This document shows, in pieces, positions 42,009-52,200 of a stretch of 64,000 bases of DNA (its first letter is position 1; each line of letters begins with the position of its first letter). Position numbers and translations under genes: made by a program. The stretch comes from Terracidiphilus sp. Lineage in GTDB: Bacteria > Acidobacteriota > Terriglobia > Terriglobales > Acidobacteriaceae. The stretch spans positions 38,222-102,221 of the forward strand of contig JBEKKI010000008.1 of assembly GCA_050010795.1 (NCBI GenBank), written 5' to 3'. The notes under the pieces are model-generated. The model was not told where the DNA came from, did no database searches, and saw only the letters and a list, made by a program, of their open reading frames with translations.

Positions 42009-42212
42009 CTTTTCAACCTCGGCCCCGTCTAAGAGGAATCCGCCTTGCCACTATGCGGCATGAATTCGGATTGACTTCCGGATCGGCGTCCGGCAACACT
42101 GTGCTTGACCAGAGCATCGAAATCCGGTATGACCTAGGCACCTGCTGTTTGAACAAAACAGAGCCCGGCGGGATCAGGTCGCGGCTCGGTTACATCAGTC
42201 CTGGAGGGAACG

Positions 42213-42476
42213 ATGTCAGCCGACTTGCAATTTCTGGAAGAATGGATCCCCGAACGCATGGACCCAGGAACGATTTTTGTGCTTGAGAATCAGGCCAAAC
42301 TCGGCCAGGCACAGAATCCATTCGTAGCCGTGATGTCGTGCCCGCGCTGCGGCACGTTGGGGCTCATCACACGCCGTCAGCTCTACGGCGGTGAGGCGAT
42401 GATCTGCGGGGGCGACTCCTGCGCAGCCGAATACAGGCTCGATGGCGAAGCCATCTGCTACCGGCCGGCGCAATAA
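42213..42476 (+). CDS. Small hypothetical Cys-containing (Zn-ribbon-like) protein
   Basis: RBS ggaggg, plausible codon usage, CPRC and CGGDSC pairs. Confidence 0.72.
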   Translation: MSADLQFLEEWIPERMDPGTIFVLENQAKLGQAQNPFVAVMSCPRCGTLGLITRRQLYGGEAMICGGDSCAAEYRLDGEAICYRPAQ

Positions 42477-42561
42477 CCTCGCTGCCTGATGACGGGGACG
42501 CTGGAGCGAAGATCCTGCGCTTCGCCCAATCCATGAGCCCTAACCCCTGATCCCTGTCTTT

Positions 42562-44094
42562 CTACTGCTGCAGCGTGTAGTCCGCCTTGGTGGTCTTGGC
42601 GCCCGCCTGCTCCGGTGTGGGCAGTTGCGTGCGATCCCATCCCCCGCCCAGCGCCTGCACCAGCTCGACGGCAGAGGTCATCTCCTCCACGTGAAGCGCG
42701 TTCAGCGTCTCCTGGTTGTTGAGCAGCGTGGTTTGCGCAATCACCACGTCGACATATGGATCGACGCCCGCGTTATATCGCACCAGTTCCAGGCTGAGAT
42801 AATCCTGCGCGTCTTTTACTGCATCCTGCTGGTGGAGAATCTGCTGGCTGTAGGTTCGAGTGGCTGCCATTGAGTCCTCCACCTGCTGGAATGCAATCAG
42901 AGTCGTCTGGCGGTATGCGGCCAGGTCCGCGTTGTATTGAGCAACATACTGGTGCAGTTCCGCGCGATAGAGCCATCCGTCAAAGATCACCTCTGAAACG
43001 GATGGGCCGATCGACCAGACGCGGCTCGGCCAGCTGAACAGGTTGGTCAACGTCGAGCTCTGGAATCCGCCATTTGTGCCGATCGTCACTTGCGGAAAGA
43101 ACGCGCCGTACCCGATGCCGATCGTCGCATTCGCCTCTGCCAGCGTCCGCTCCGCAGCCGCGATGTCGGGCCGGCGTTCAACCAGCTGCGAAGGTACGCC
43201 GGTGGGAATGGGAGGCGGCGCGTAAAGCATCGGCTTCACGGCGATGGAGAAATCGCTCGGCACTTTGCCCAGCAGCATGGCAATCGCATGTTCATACTGT
43301 GCGCGCAGCAAACCCGCGTTGGTCGCGGCCGCCTCAGCGGATTCCAGCGTGGTTTTGGCCTCGGCTACGGAAATGTAATCGCCAATGCCGGTATCGAATT
43401 GCGCTTGGTTGTATTCCAGCGATTTTTGGTCAGCTGCGACCGTTTGATTCAGGATCTGCTGCAGCATGTCCTGCCCGCGAATCTCGAAGAAATACTCGGC
43501 CAGGCTCGCCTGTTCCGTCAGCTTTTCAGTTTGAAGATCGGCGGCGCTTACCTGCGCGGCGTATTCCGCTCCGCGCACTTCGTTGCGAATCTTGCCCCAG
43601 AAATCCGGCGTCCACGAAACTTCAATCGGAGCATTCCAAAGCGTTGACTGTTTGCCGACGTTGGCTTGGGTGGAGTTGCTCAGAGTTCCGGAACTCTTCG
43701 ACCGGTTCCACGAAGGGTTCGCCGTGATCGTCGGCCAGTACTGCGCGCGGGCCTCAGCAATCACCGCACGGGCCGCCATGTAATTCTCAAAGTACAGTTT
43801 CAGGTTCTGGTTGTCGATGTTAAGCTGCTCTTCCAGTGTGTTCAGCTCCGCATCGCCAAAAACCTCCCACCAGTTGCCGCGGATCATCGCGTCCTGCGGG
43901 CTCGCCACCTTCCATCCATCGGCGTCGTGGAAATTGACAGTGGACTCCTTGTAGTTCGGCGCGGTCACCGCCGTTGGCACGGGCGCGTGATAGTGCGGGC
44001 CCACGCGGCATCCGCTCAGCGGCGCCAGCAGCCCAAGTGCGCACGCGGTCAGTAAAGCCGGAACTCGGTGATTTCGCTCAGACATGGTCAGCAT
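42562..44094 (-). CDS. RND efflux outer-membrane lipoprotein (NodT family)
   Basis: Lipobox LSGC, WWEVFGDAELN, LVERRPDIAAAER, LVQALGGGW. Confidence 0.95.
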   Translation of the reverse strand: MLTMSERNHRVPALLTACALGLLAPLSGCRVGPHYHAPVPTAVTAPNYKESTVNFHDADGWKVASPQDAMIRGNWWEVFGDAELNTLEEQLNIDNQNLKLYFENYMAARAVIAEARAQYWPTITANPSWNRSKSSGTLSNSTQANVGKQSTLWNAPIEVSWTPDFWGKIRNEVRGAEYAAQVSAADLQTEKLTEQASLAEYFFEIRGQDMLQQILNQTVAADQKSLEYNQAQFDTGIGDYISVAEAKTTLESAEAAATNAGLLRAQYEHAIAMLLGKVPSDFSIAVKPMLYAPPPIPTGVPSQLVERRPDIAAAERTLAEANATIGIGYGAFFPQVTIGTNGGFQSSTLTNLFSWPSRVWSIGPSVSEVIFDGWLYRAELHQYVAQYNADLAAYRQTTLIAFQQVEDSMAATRTYSQQILHQQDAVKDAQDYLSLELVRYNAGVDPYVDVVIAQTTLLNNQETLNALHVEEMTSAVELVQALGGGWDRTQLPTPEQAGAKTTKADYTLQQ

Positions 44095-44104
44095 CCTTCA
44101 TCGA

Positions 44105-47100
44105 TTACGAGGTCGCTCCCTCTGCCGTCGAGGGCAGCGCGTCGTGTGTCCGCCCCAGCGCTCGCAGGCGCAGGCGGTCCATCATCAGGTAGATAACGGG
44201 TGTGGTGTAAAGCGTCAGCGCCTGGCTCAACAGCAATCCGCCCACGATGGTGATGCCCAGCGGCCTGCGCAGTTCCGAGCCGGTGCCTGTCCCAAAGGCC
44301 AGCGGCAGCGCTCCGCAAATGGCCGACATGGTCGTCATCATGATGGGGCGGAAGCGAAGCAGGCACGCCTCAAAAATCGCCTCACGTGTTGTCTTGCCTT
44401 CGTTGCGCTCGGCCTGCAGCGCGAAATCGATCATCATGATCGCATTCTTCTTCACAATGCCAATAAGCAGAATGATTCCGATAATCGAGATCACGTTCAG
44501 GTCGATGTGAAACAGCATAAGAGCCAGCATGGCCCCAACGCTGGCCGAGGGAAGCGTGGAAATGATCGTCAACGGGTGAACCAGGCTCTCGTAGAGAATC
44601 CCCAGGACAATAAAGACCGCAAGCAATGCGGTGGCCACAAGATACTTCTCGCTTGATAGCGAATCCTGGTAGGCCTGCGCGGTTCCCGCGAAAAATCCGC
44701 GCACCGACGATGGCATCCCCAGCCTCTGCTCCATCTGCGTCACCTCTCGCGTCGCATCGCTCAATGAAGCGCCACTCTTCAAATTGAATGACACGGTGGC
44801 CGAGGGGAAGAGTCCGGTGTGCGGCACCTGCAGCGGCGTCGTATTCGTGCTCTGCTTCATCACGGTGGCCAGCGGCGCCATCGCGTTGAGTCCCGCGGAT
44901 GCCGACCTGTTTGTCGTGAAATAAATATTGTTCAGGTCCGACGGATCCTGCCAGTATTGCGGCGCAACTTCCATCACTACGTAGTACTGATTCAGCTGCG
45001 TGTAGATCACCGAAACTTCTGATTGGCAGAAGGCGCTGCAAAGTGAACTATTGAGCGACGATGGAGTTTGCCCCAGCCGCGCCGCGGTTATGCGATCGTA
45101 GTTCAGCATCTCCTGCAGGCCGCCATTCTGCTGGTCGGTGTTCACATCGGTCAGATCGGGCAGCCTCTGCATGTTCTGATAAAGGATCGGCCCCCAGTGC
45201 GACAGGTCGTCGATGTTGTCGGACTGAATCGTGTATTGATAAAGCGCATTCGAGCCGCGCCCGCCTATGCGCAGATCCTGGGCCGGCTGCAATATGCCCG
45301 TGGCAAGCGGCAGCCGGTTCATCTTCGGCCGAAGGCGATTGATCACGTCCATCGCCGAAGTCTGACGCTCATCGCAATTCGGTGCGCTTTCTTTGCACTT
45401 GGTTCCCAGCGCTTTGAGCGCAACGAACATGAAGCCGCCATTCCCGCTGCCCGTGTAAGCCATGACGTGGGCCACGGCGGGATCGGCCTTCACAATGTTG
45501 ACGTACGACAGGGTCGAGAAGCTCATAAAGGGGAAGGAAGCGTCCTGCGGTCCCTGCAACCCTCCCATGATGACGCCTGTGTCCTGCTGCGGGAAGAACC
45601 CGGTGGGGATCCTGTAAATCACGAGCCCATTCAGCGCGATGGTGAGAAGCAGCACCACCAGAGTCAGGCCCGGATTATCCAGCACCCACAGCAGCGAATG
45701 ACGGTAAATGGAGATCATGCCGTCGAACATCTTTTCGCTGGCCCGGTAAAGCCAATTGTGCTTTTCGCCTTCTTTGTGCGCTCTCAGCACGTGCGCGCAC
45801 ATGCAAGGCGTCGTTGTGAGCGAAATGACCATCGAAATCAGAATGGCCGTCGACAGGGTCACCGCAAATTCCCTGAAAAGGCGCCCGATGATTCCTCCCA
45901 TCATCAGGATGGGAATAAAGACGGCGATCAGCGACATGCTGATTGAAAAGACGGTGAAACCGATCTCCTGCGCTCCCTGCAATGCTGCCGCAAACGGCTC
46001 CATCCCGGCTTCCAGGTGCCGCGTGATGTTTTCCATTACCACGATCGCATCGTCAACAACGAATCCCGTGGCGATGGTGAGCGCCATCAGCGACAGGTTG
46101 TCGAGCGTGTAGCCGAGCAGGTACATCATGGCGAAGGTGCCGATGAGCGAAACCGGAACAGCCACACTGGGAATCAGCGTGGCGCGCGGACTGCGCAGGA
46201 AGACGAAGACCACCAGGATCACAAGGCAGACGGACCCTACAAGCGTTTTCTCAACGGTGTTGACCGAGGCGCGAATCGTGGTGGTGCGGTCGAGAACGAC
46301 GGTGGTCTTGATGCCCTGCGGCATCACCGCTTCGAGAAACGGCAATTGCGCCTTGACGCGATCGACGGTCTGAATGATGTTGGCTCCGGGCTGACGGAAG
46401 ATGACGAGGACGACCCCTCTCCTTCCGTCCACGTAGCCCGCGGAACGCAGATTCTGCGTCGAATCCTCCACGTCGGCGACATCGGAAAGCCGGACAGCTG
46501 CTCCATTGTGATAGCCCACGATCAGTGGCCGGTAGTCGGCAGCCTCCGAGATCTGATCGTTGGTGAGAATATCCTCGCTCACGCCGTTGTTCGAGAATTG
46601 GCCGCGTGGCTCGTGCGAGTTCTGCAGGCTCAGCACCGATCGCACGCCGCCGAGCGTCAGCCCGAAGCTTTCCAGCTTGGTGGGATTGACCTCTACGCGG
46701 ACCGACGGCGTGGCGGCGCCCTGCACTCCCACCTGCCCGACGCCCTGAATCTGCGAGAGCTTTTGCGCCAGGATCGTCGAGGCAAGGTCGTAGAGCTTCG
46801 TCACCTCGTATTTATCCGATGTCAGACTCACGAGCATGATGGGTGAATCGGCGGGGTTCACCTTACGGTAAGAAGGATTGGAGGGCAGATTTGCCGGAAG
46901 ATACGTTCGCGCCGCGTTGATAGCGGCTTGCACATCCCGCGCCGCGCCGTCGATGTTCCGGCTCAGGTCGAACTGCATGGTGATGTTGGTCGAGCTGAGC
47001 GAACTCGACGAGGTCATCTCCGTGATGCCTGCGATGTGGCTGAATTGGCGCTCCAGCGGCGTGGCCACTGAGGCTGCCATGATCTGTGCGCTCGCGCCCG

Positions 47101-47254
47101 GCAGTCCGGCCTGGACGCTGATCGTCGGAAAATCCACCTGCGGCAGCGGCGCCAGCGGCAGCACCACGAACGCAATCGCGCCCACGATGGCTACGGCAGC
47201 CGTGAGCAGCGTAGTGCCCACGGGGCGCCGGATGAATGGCGCCGACAGGTTCAT
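44105..47254 (-). CDS. mdtC: RND transporter permease, MdtC-like
   Basis: FIRRPVGTTLL, GFVVDDAIVVMENI, GIVKKNAIMMIDF, RFRPIMMTT. Confidence 0.92.
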   Translation of the reverse strand: MNLSAPFIRRPVGTTLLTAAVAIVGAIAFVVLPLAPLPQVDFPTISVQAGLPGASAQIMAASVATPLERQFSHIAGITEMTSSSSLSSTNITMQFDLSRNIDGAARDVQAAINAARTYLPANLPSNPSYRKVNPADSPIMLVSLTSDKYEVTKLYDLASTILAQKLSQIQGVGQVGVQGAATPSVRVEVNPTKLESFGLTLGGVRSVLSLQNSHEPRGQFSNNGVSEDILTNDQISEAADYRPLIVGYHNGAAVRLSDVADVEDSTQNLRSAGYVDGRRGVVLVIFRQPGANIIQTVDRVKAQLPFLEAVMPQGIKTTVVLDRTTTIRASVNTVEKTLVGSVCLVILVVFVFLRSPRATLIPSVAVPVSLIGTFAMMYLLGYTLDNLSLMALTIATGFVVDDAIVVMENITRHLEAGMEPFAAALQGAQEIGFTVFSISMSLIAVFIPILMMGGIIGRLFREFAVTLSTAILISMVISLTTTPCMCAHVLRAHKEGEKHNWLYRASEKMFDGMISIYRHSLLWVLDNPGLTLVVLLLTIALNGLVIYRIPTGFFPQQDTGVIMGGLQGPQDASFPFMSFSTLSYVNIVKADPAVAHVMAYTGSGNGGFMFVALKALGTKCKESAPNCDERQTSAMDVINRLRPKMNRLPLATGILQPAQDLRIGGRGSNALYQYTIQSDNIDDLSHWGPILYQNMQRLPDLTDVNTDQQNGGLQEMLNYDRITAARLGQTPSSLNSSLCSAFCQSEVSVIYTQLNQYYVVMEVAPQYWQDPSDLNNIYFTTNRSASAGLNAMAPLATVMKQSTNTTPLQVPHTGLFPSATVSFNLKSGASLSDATREVTQMEQRLGMPSSVRGFFAGTAQAYQDSLSSEKYLVATALLAVFIVLGILYESLVHPLTIISTLPSASVGAMLALMLFHIDLNVISIIGIILLIGIVKKNAIMMIDFALQAERNEGKTTREAIFEACLLRFRPIMMTTMSAICGALPLAFGTGTGSELRRPLGITIVGGLLLSQALTLYTTPVIYLMMDRLRLRALGRTHDALPSTAEGATS

Positions 47255-50200
47255 GCATTCTCCGTGCCCGGCTTGGCTTCAGCGCGGGCCGTCCGCGAAA
47301 GGTGGTGTCCCATCATGCGCTGGCCGAGCCGGTCAAAGAAGATGTAGATCACCGGCGTGGTGTAGAGAGTGAGTAATTGGCTCAGGATCAGCCCCCCAAC
47401 CATCGCAATGCCCAACGGCCGGCGCAGCTCCGAACCCAGCCCTGTTCCGGCCGCCAGCGGAATACCTGCCAGCAGAGCGGCCATCGTCGTCATCATGATG
47501 GGGCGGAATCGCAAAACGCTGGCCTCGTAAATCGCTTCTGTTGAATCCATGCCGCGCTGGCGCTCGGCCTCCAGGGCAAAGTCCACGATCAGAATTCCAT
47601 TTTTGTTCACGATGCCGATCAGCAGAATGATGCCGATGATGCCCACCGCGTTCAGATCCTGCCGGCAGACGATAAGCGCCAGCAGCGCGCCCACGCCCGC
47701 CGACGGCAGCGTCGAAAGAATCGTCACCGGATGAATGAAGCTTTCGTACAGAACGCCGAGCACGATGTAAACGGTAACCAGCGCGGCGAGAATCAGCAGC
47801 GCTTGGTTGGAAAGCGAATTGCGAAACGACGCCGCAGTCCCCTGAAAATCGGATTGCAGGCTGGCGGGGAAGTGGAGGTTCTTGACTACTTTCTCGATGT
47901 CGCTGATCGCCGTGCCCAGCGACGCGTTCGGCGCAAGATTAAATGAAACCGTAACCGACGGAAACTGCCCTTGATGGTTGATCGAAAGAGCCTCGGTAGT
48001 GTCGTGGACCTGCGTAAAGGCGCTCAGGGGAATGGCGTTCGTGCCAGCCGAAGAAGATGCCGTGTTGGGCGATCCGACGCCCGTCGCGCCGCGCGCCAGA
48101 ACCGACGCCGGGGCGCTCAAAGCCTGCGAAGAAGGCGTATAGCGCACTGAAGTCGTCAATGCATTCGATCCCGCCGACGCCGATGCCGACGAGGAGAACG
48201 ACGTTGCTGCGCCCGCCCCCGTCGCCCCCGACGAGGCGTTCGACTGAATGTAGAGATCGCCCAGCTTGCTCGGATCCTGCTGCCACTCCGGCGCCGCCTC
48301 CAGCACCACGTGATACTGATTCAGCTGCGTGTAAAGTGTGCTGATCTGCCGTTGGCCGAACGCATCGTAAAGCGTGTTGTCGACGGTCGTCGGCGCAATG
48401 CCCAGCCGCGACGCGGTCACGCGGTCGATCGACATCTGTATCGCTTTGGCGCCGGTCTGCTGATCCGTCGCCACGTCTTCCAGCTCGGGCAGTTTCTCGA
48501 GCTGCGCGGTAAACTTGTCCGTCCAGGAATTCAGCTCGTCCGTGTCGGGATCCTCGAGCGTGTACTGATACTGCGTCCGGCTCACGCGGTCGTCCACCGT
48601 GATGTCCTGCACCGGCTGCATGTAAAGGCGCATCCCGTGCACCTGGCTCAGGTTCTTCTGCAGCCTGCGGATCACATCCGACGCGCTGATGTGCCGCTCC
48701 TCGATGGGCTTCAGGTTGATCGAAATGCGTCCGCTGTTCAGCGTGGTGTTGATTCCGTCGGCGCCGATGAACGACGACAGGCTCTCCACCGCCGGATCCT
48801 GAAGAATGGTCTGCGCCAGCTCCCGCTGCTTCTCGCTCATGGCGTTGAACGAGATCGACTGTGATGCCTGCGAAATTCCCTGGATTACTCCCGTATCCTG
48901 CACCGGGAAGAATCCCTTGGGAATTTCGATGTAGAGGACGATCGTGAGCACCAGCGTGGCCACGGCCACCAGCAGCGTAATCGGTTGGTAGCGCAGCACA
49001 ACCTTCAGCGTGCGCCCGTAGAACGCAATCAGTCCGTTCACCGCGCGCTCCGACGCCTGGTAGATGCGGCCCTCCTGCTCCTTGGGTTTGTGGCGCAGAA
49101 TGCGCGAGCACATCATGGGAGTCAGGGTGAGCGAGACCACCGCTGAAATTACGATCGTGACGGCCAGCGTGATCGCGAATTCGCGGAACAGCCGCCCCAC
49201 AACATCGCCCATGAAGAGCAGCGGAATCAGCACCGCCACCAGCGAAACGGTCAGCGACATGATGGTGAAGCCGATCTGGCCCGCGCCGGTCAGCGCGGCC
49301 TCCAGCGGCGGCATGCCCGACTCGAGGAACCGGCTGATGTTCTCGATCATCACGATGGCGTCGTCCACCACAAAGCCCGTGGAAATCGTCAGCGCCATCA
49401 GCGACAGATTGTCCAGCGAATAGCCCAGCAGGTACATCACGGCAAAGGTGCCGATCAGCGAAAGCGGAACCGCCACGCTGGGTATGATCGTGGCCCGCAG
49501 GCTGCGCAGGAACAGAAAAATCACCATCACAACCAGCACGATCGTCAGCATCAGCTCGAACTCCACGTCGTGCACCGACGACTGAATGCTGGTGGTCATG
49601 TCGGTCAGAGTCGTCACCTTGATTGACGCCGGCAGATTGGCTTCAAGTTGCGGCAGCACCTTCTGAATGGCGTTCACTACCGTGATCGTGTTCGCGCCCG
49701 GTTGCCGTTGGATGTTCAGAATGACAGCCGGCGTCATATCCATCCATGCCGCCTGCTTGCTGTTCTCAACTCCGCTCAGCACGTTGGCCACGTTCTTCAC
49801 GAACACCGGCGCGCCGTTGCTGTAGGCGATCACCACGTTCTTGTAGTCGTCGGGACTGGTGATCTGGTCGTTGGCGTCAATCTGGTAGTCCTGGCGCGGT
49901 CCATCGAAGTTGCCCTTCGCCGAGTTCACGCTGGCCTGGGTCAGGGCCGTGCGCACATCCTCCATGTTCAAACCGTAGGCCGACAACGCCACTGGGTTCA
50001 CCTGGATGCGCACTGCGGGCTTCTGCCCGCCGCTGATGCTCACCATGCCCACGCCGTTCAGCTGCGAGAGCCGCGGTGCCAGCCGCGTGTCCACCATGTC
50101 CTCCACTTGTGACAGCGGCAGAGAGTCTGACGTGATGGCCAGCGTCAGAACGGGTGCGTCGGCGGGATTGGTCTTTGTGTACACCGGCGGCACCGGAATG

Positions 50201-50565
50201 TCCGAAGGAAGGAACGTCTGCCCGCCGTTGATCGACGACTGCACCTCTTCTTCGGCAACGTCGAGGCCGAGCGAGAGGCTGAATTGAAGAACGATGACCG
50301 AGACGCCGCCCGCGCTGGTCGACGTCATCTGGCTCAGCCCCTGCATCTCGCCAAACTGGCGCTCCAGCGGCGCAGTGATCGTCGTCGCCACCACGTCGGG
50401 GCTCGCCCCAGGATAAAAAGTCACCACCTGGATCGTCGGATAGTCCACCTGCGGCAGGGCCGACACAGGCAGTTGAAAGAATGCAACCAGTCCCGCAAGC
50501 AGAATTGCGGCCATCAGAAGCGACGTTGCGACCGGCCGCAGAATGAATGGTCGCGATGGACTCAT
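47251..50565 (-). CDS. mdtB: RND transporter permease, MdtB-like
   Basis: MSPSRPFILRPVATSLLM, LPQVDYPTIQV, GFVVDDAIVMIENI, RFRPIMMTT. Confidence 0.93.
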   Translation of the reverse strand: MSPSRPFILRPVATSLLMAAILLAGLVAFFQLPVSALPQVDYPTIQVVTFYPGASPDVVATTITAPLERQFGEMQGLSQMTSTSAGGVSVIVLQFSLSLGLDVAEEEVQSSINGGQTFLPSDIPVPPVYTKTNPADAPVLTLAITSDSLPLSQVEDMVDTRLAPRLSQLNGVGMVSISGGQKPAVRIQVNPVALSAYGLNMEDVRTALTQASVNSAKGNFDGPRQDYQIDANDQITSPDDYKNVVIAYSNGAPVFVKNVANVLSGVENSKQAAWMDMTPAVILNIQRQPGANTITVVNAIQKVLPQLEANLPASIKVTTLTDMTTSIQSSVHDVEFELMLTIVLVVMVIFLFLRSLRATIIPSVAVPLSLIGTFAVMYLLGYSLDNLSLMALTISTGFVVDDAIVMIENISRFLESGMPPLEAALTGAGQIGFTIMSLTVSLVAVLIPLLFMGDVVGRLFREFAITLAVTIVISAVVSLTLTPMMCSRILRHKPKEQEGRIYQASERAVNGLIAFYGRTLKVVLRYQPITLLVAVATLVLTIVLYIEIPKGFFPVQDTGVIQGISQASQSISFNAMSEKQRELAQTILQDPAVESLSSFIGADGINTTLNSGRISINLKPIEERHISASDVIRRLQKNLSQVHGMRLYMQPVQDITVDDRVSRTQYQYTLEDPDTDELNSWTDKFTAQLEKLPELEDVATDQQTGAKAIQMSIDRVTASRLGIAPTTVDNTLYDAFGQRQISTLYTQLNQYHVVLEAAPEWQQDPSKLGDLYIQSNASSGATGAGAATSFSSSASASAGSNALTTSVRYTPSSQALSAPASVLARGATGVGSPNTASSSAGTNAIPLSAFTQVHDTTEALSINHQGQFPSVTVSFNLAPNASLGTAISDIEKVVKNLHFPASLQSDFQGTAASFRNSLSNQALLILAALVTVYIVLGVLYESFIHPVTILSTLPSAGVGALLALIVCRQDLNAVGIIGIILLIGIVNKNGILIVDFALEAERQRGMDSTEAIYEASVLRFRPIMMTTMAALLAGIPLAAGTGLGSELRRPLGIAMVGGLILSQLLTLYTTPVIYIFFDRLGQRMMGHHLSRTARAEAKPGTENA

Positions 50566-51803
50566 GGAGTGGCCCCGCTCGCTGAGATCGGAATCGTCAC
50601 CTTCGAGATCACGATGTCTGATCCGTCCATCAGCTTCTGGAAGCTGCTGTTTGCCACCACGTCTCCGGGATTGATCCCCGTTACCGCAGTGTTGCCTCCG
50701 TCGGAGATTCCCGACTTTACGGTCTTCATCGCCGCCTTGTTGTTCTGGATCAGGTAAACGAAGTCAGCTGCGCCGTTGTGCTGGATCGCTGAAGCAGGAA
50801 CGAGCGTCTGGTTATCCAGCGTCTTCACCAGCAGGCGCGTATTCACAAATTCATTGGGGAAGAGCATTCCATTCGGGTTGCTGAATTCCGCGCGCAGCTT
50901 CACCGTCCCCGTCACCGTGTCGATCTGGTTATCCACGGTGATTAACCGCCCCTTTGCCAGAAGCGTCTGCTGCGTGCGGTCATATGCCTCCACCGTCAGC
51001 GGCTTGCCGCCGCGCATCTGTTCCAGCACTTCCGGCAGGTTGTCTTCCGCCAGCGTGAAGATCACGGTGATCGGCTGGATCTGCGCAACTGTCAGCAGCG
51101 GCGTGCTCGAGTTGGCCGTCACCAGGTTGCCCGGATCCACCAGCCGCAATCCCACGCGCCCGTCGATCGGAGAAGCGATGTGGCAGAACGCCACTTGAAC
51201 TTCGTCATACTGCACGTTTCCCTGGTCGTTCTTCACGGTGCCTTGATTCTGCAGCACCACCTTCTCCTGGTCCTCCAGCGTTTGCCGTGGGATCGCGTTC
51301 TTCGCCCACGCATCCTGGTAGCGTTTCAGGTCCATCTGCGCTTCGGCCAGCAGATTCTGGTCGCGATCCAGCGCGCCTTGCGCCTGCGCCAGTTGCGCCG
51401 CGTAAGGCCGCGAGTCGATATCGATGAGCGGATCGCCTTTATGAACGCTCTGCCCCTCGCGATAGTGGACAGCCGTGATCACGCCCGTCACCTGCGCGGT
51501 GATGGTGTCGAGGTTCGTCGGTGTCACTGTTCCGATGGCGTCAAGATAAACGCCGATGGAGCCCGCCTTGGCCGTGGCCACCGTAACGGGTACGGGCCCT
51601 CCCATTGCGGCCCCGCCTCGGCGAACGCCTCCCGCGCCCGCGGTGGCAGATGCGCTCGCGCTATGCTGCCTCCACACCCACACGAACAGCAGCGCAAAAA
51701 GCAGGAGAATAATCACCCAGATCCAGCGGTGGCGGCGTTTTTTTGTGGAATCTTCGGGCGCTTGCCCGGCGGCAGGATGCGATGCAAACAAAGGTTGATC
51801 CAT
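50562..51803 (-). CDS. mdtA: RND membrane fusion protein, MdtA-like
   Basis: TM anchor, SPIDGRVGLRLVDPGN, DNQIDTVTGTVKLRA. Confidence 0.92.
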   Translation of the reverse strand: MDQPLFASHPAAGQAPEDSTKKRRHRWIWVIILLLFALLFVWVWRQHSASASATAGAGGVRRGGAAMGGPVPVTVATAKAGSIGVYLDAIGTVTPTNLDTITAQVTGVITAVHYREGQSVHKGDPLIDIDSRPYAAQLAQAQGALDRDQNLLAEAQMDLKRYQDAWAKNAIPRQTLEDQEKVVLQNQGTVKNDQGNVQYDEVQVAFCHIASPIDGRVGLRLVDPGNLVTANSSTPLLTVAQIQPITVIFTLAEDNLPEVLEQMRGGKPLTVEAYDRTQQTLLAKGRLITVDNQIDTVTGTVKLRAEFSNPNGMLFPNEFVNTRLLVKTLDNQTLVPASAIQHNGAADFVYLIQNNKAAMKTVKSGISDGGNTAVTGINPGDVVANSSFQKLMDGSDIVISKVTIPISASGATP

Positions 51804-52101
51804 CGTCTTTTTGTCTCGTTTGTTTGACTAAAACCACTCGGCTTAATAAGGACATTTTCTCACAATCGAATTGGCGTCAGACTGTGCAGGCCGTCACGCT
51901 TGCATCGCACGCCCGATTCGAGAATGCGGTCCTGGATGCGGAATCGCCGGTCGATTCAGAGCAGGCCGCGGTTCAGGTTTGGCGCGGCAACTTCAGTCCG
52001 TCCAGGCATAACTCAACCTGCCGCGCACAGGCACGTAATTCTATGGACGTGGCAACCCGTCGAATAGTTGCAGAACGTGCTCGCGACTGGGAATCAGCCG
52101 C

Positions 52102-52200
52102 TCATTTTCGCAAAATCGACCCGGCTGCCATCGCATGGTAAACCCCGCCATCGACCACAGCGATCCCGTTGATCAGCACATGCTCGACGCCCGCCGGATT
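52102..52200 (-). pseudogene. C-terminal 32-codon remnant of an amidohydrolase (D-aminoacylase-like)
   Basis: Not in the ORF track. Translates NPAGVEHVLINGIAVVDGGVYHAMAAGSILRK*, matching the P-GI-HVLVNG-VV-DG---G--LR tail of that family. No start codon and no catalytic barrel. Confidence 0.7.

Noticed and set aside
51804-52100. Intergenic region upstream of mdtA
   Set aside because: No convincing ORF, repeat or stable structure; probably promoter sequence.
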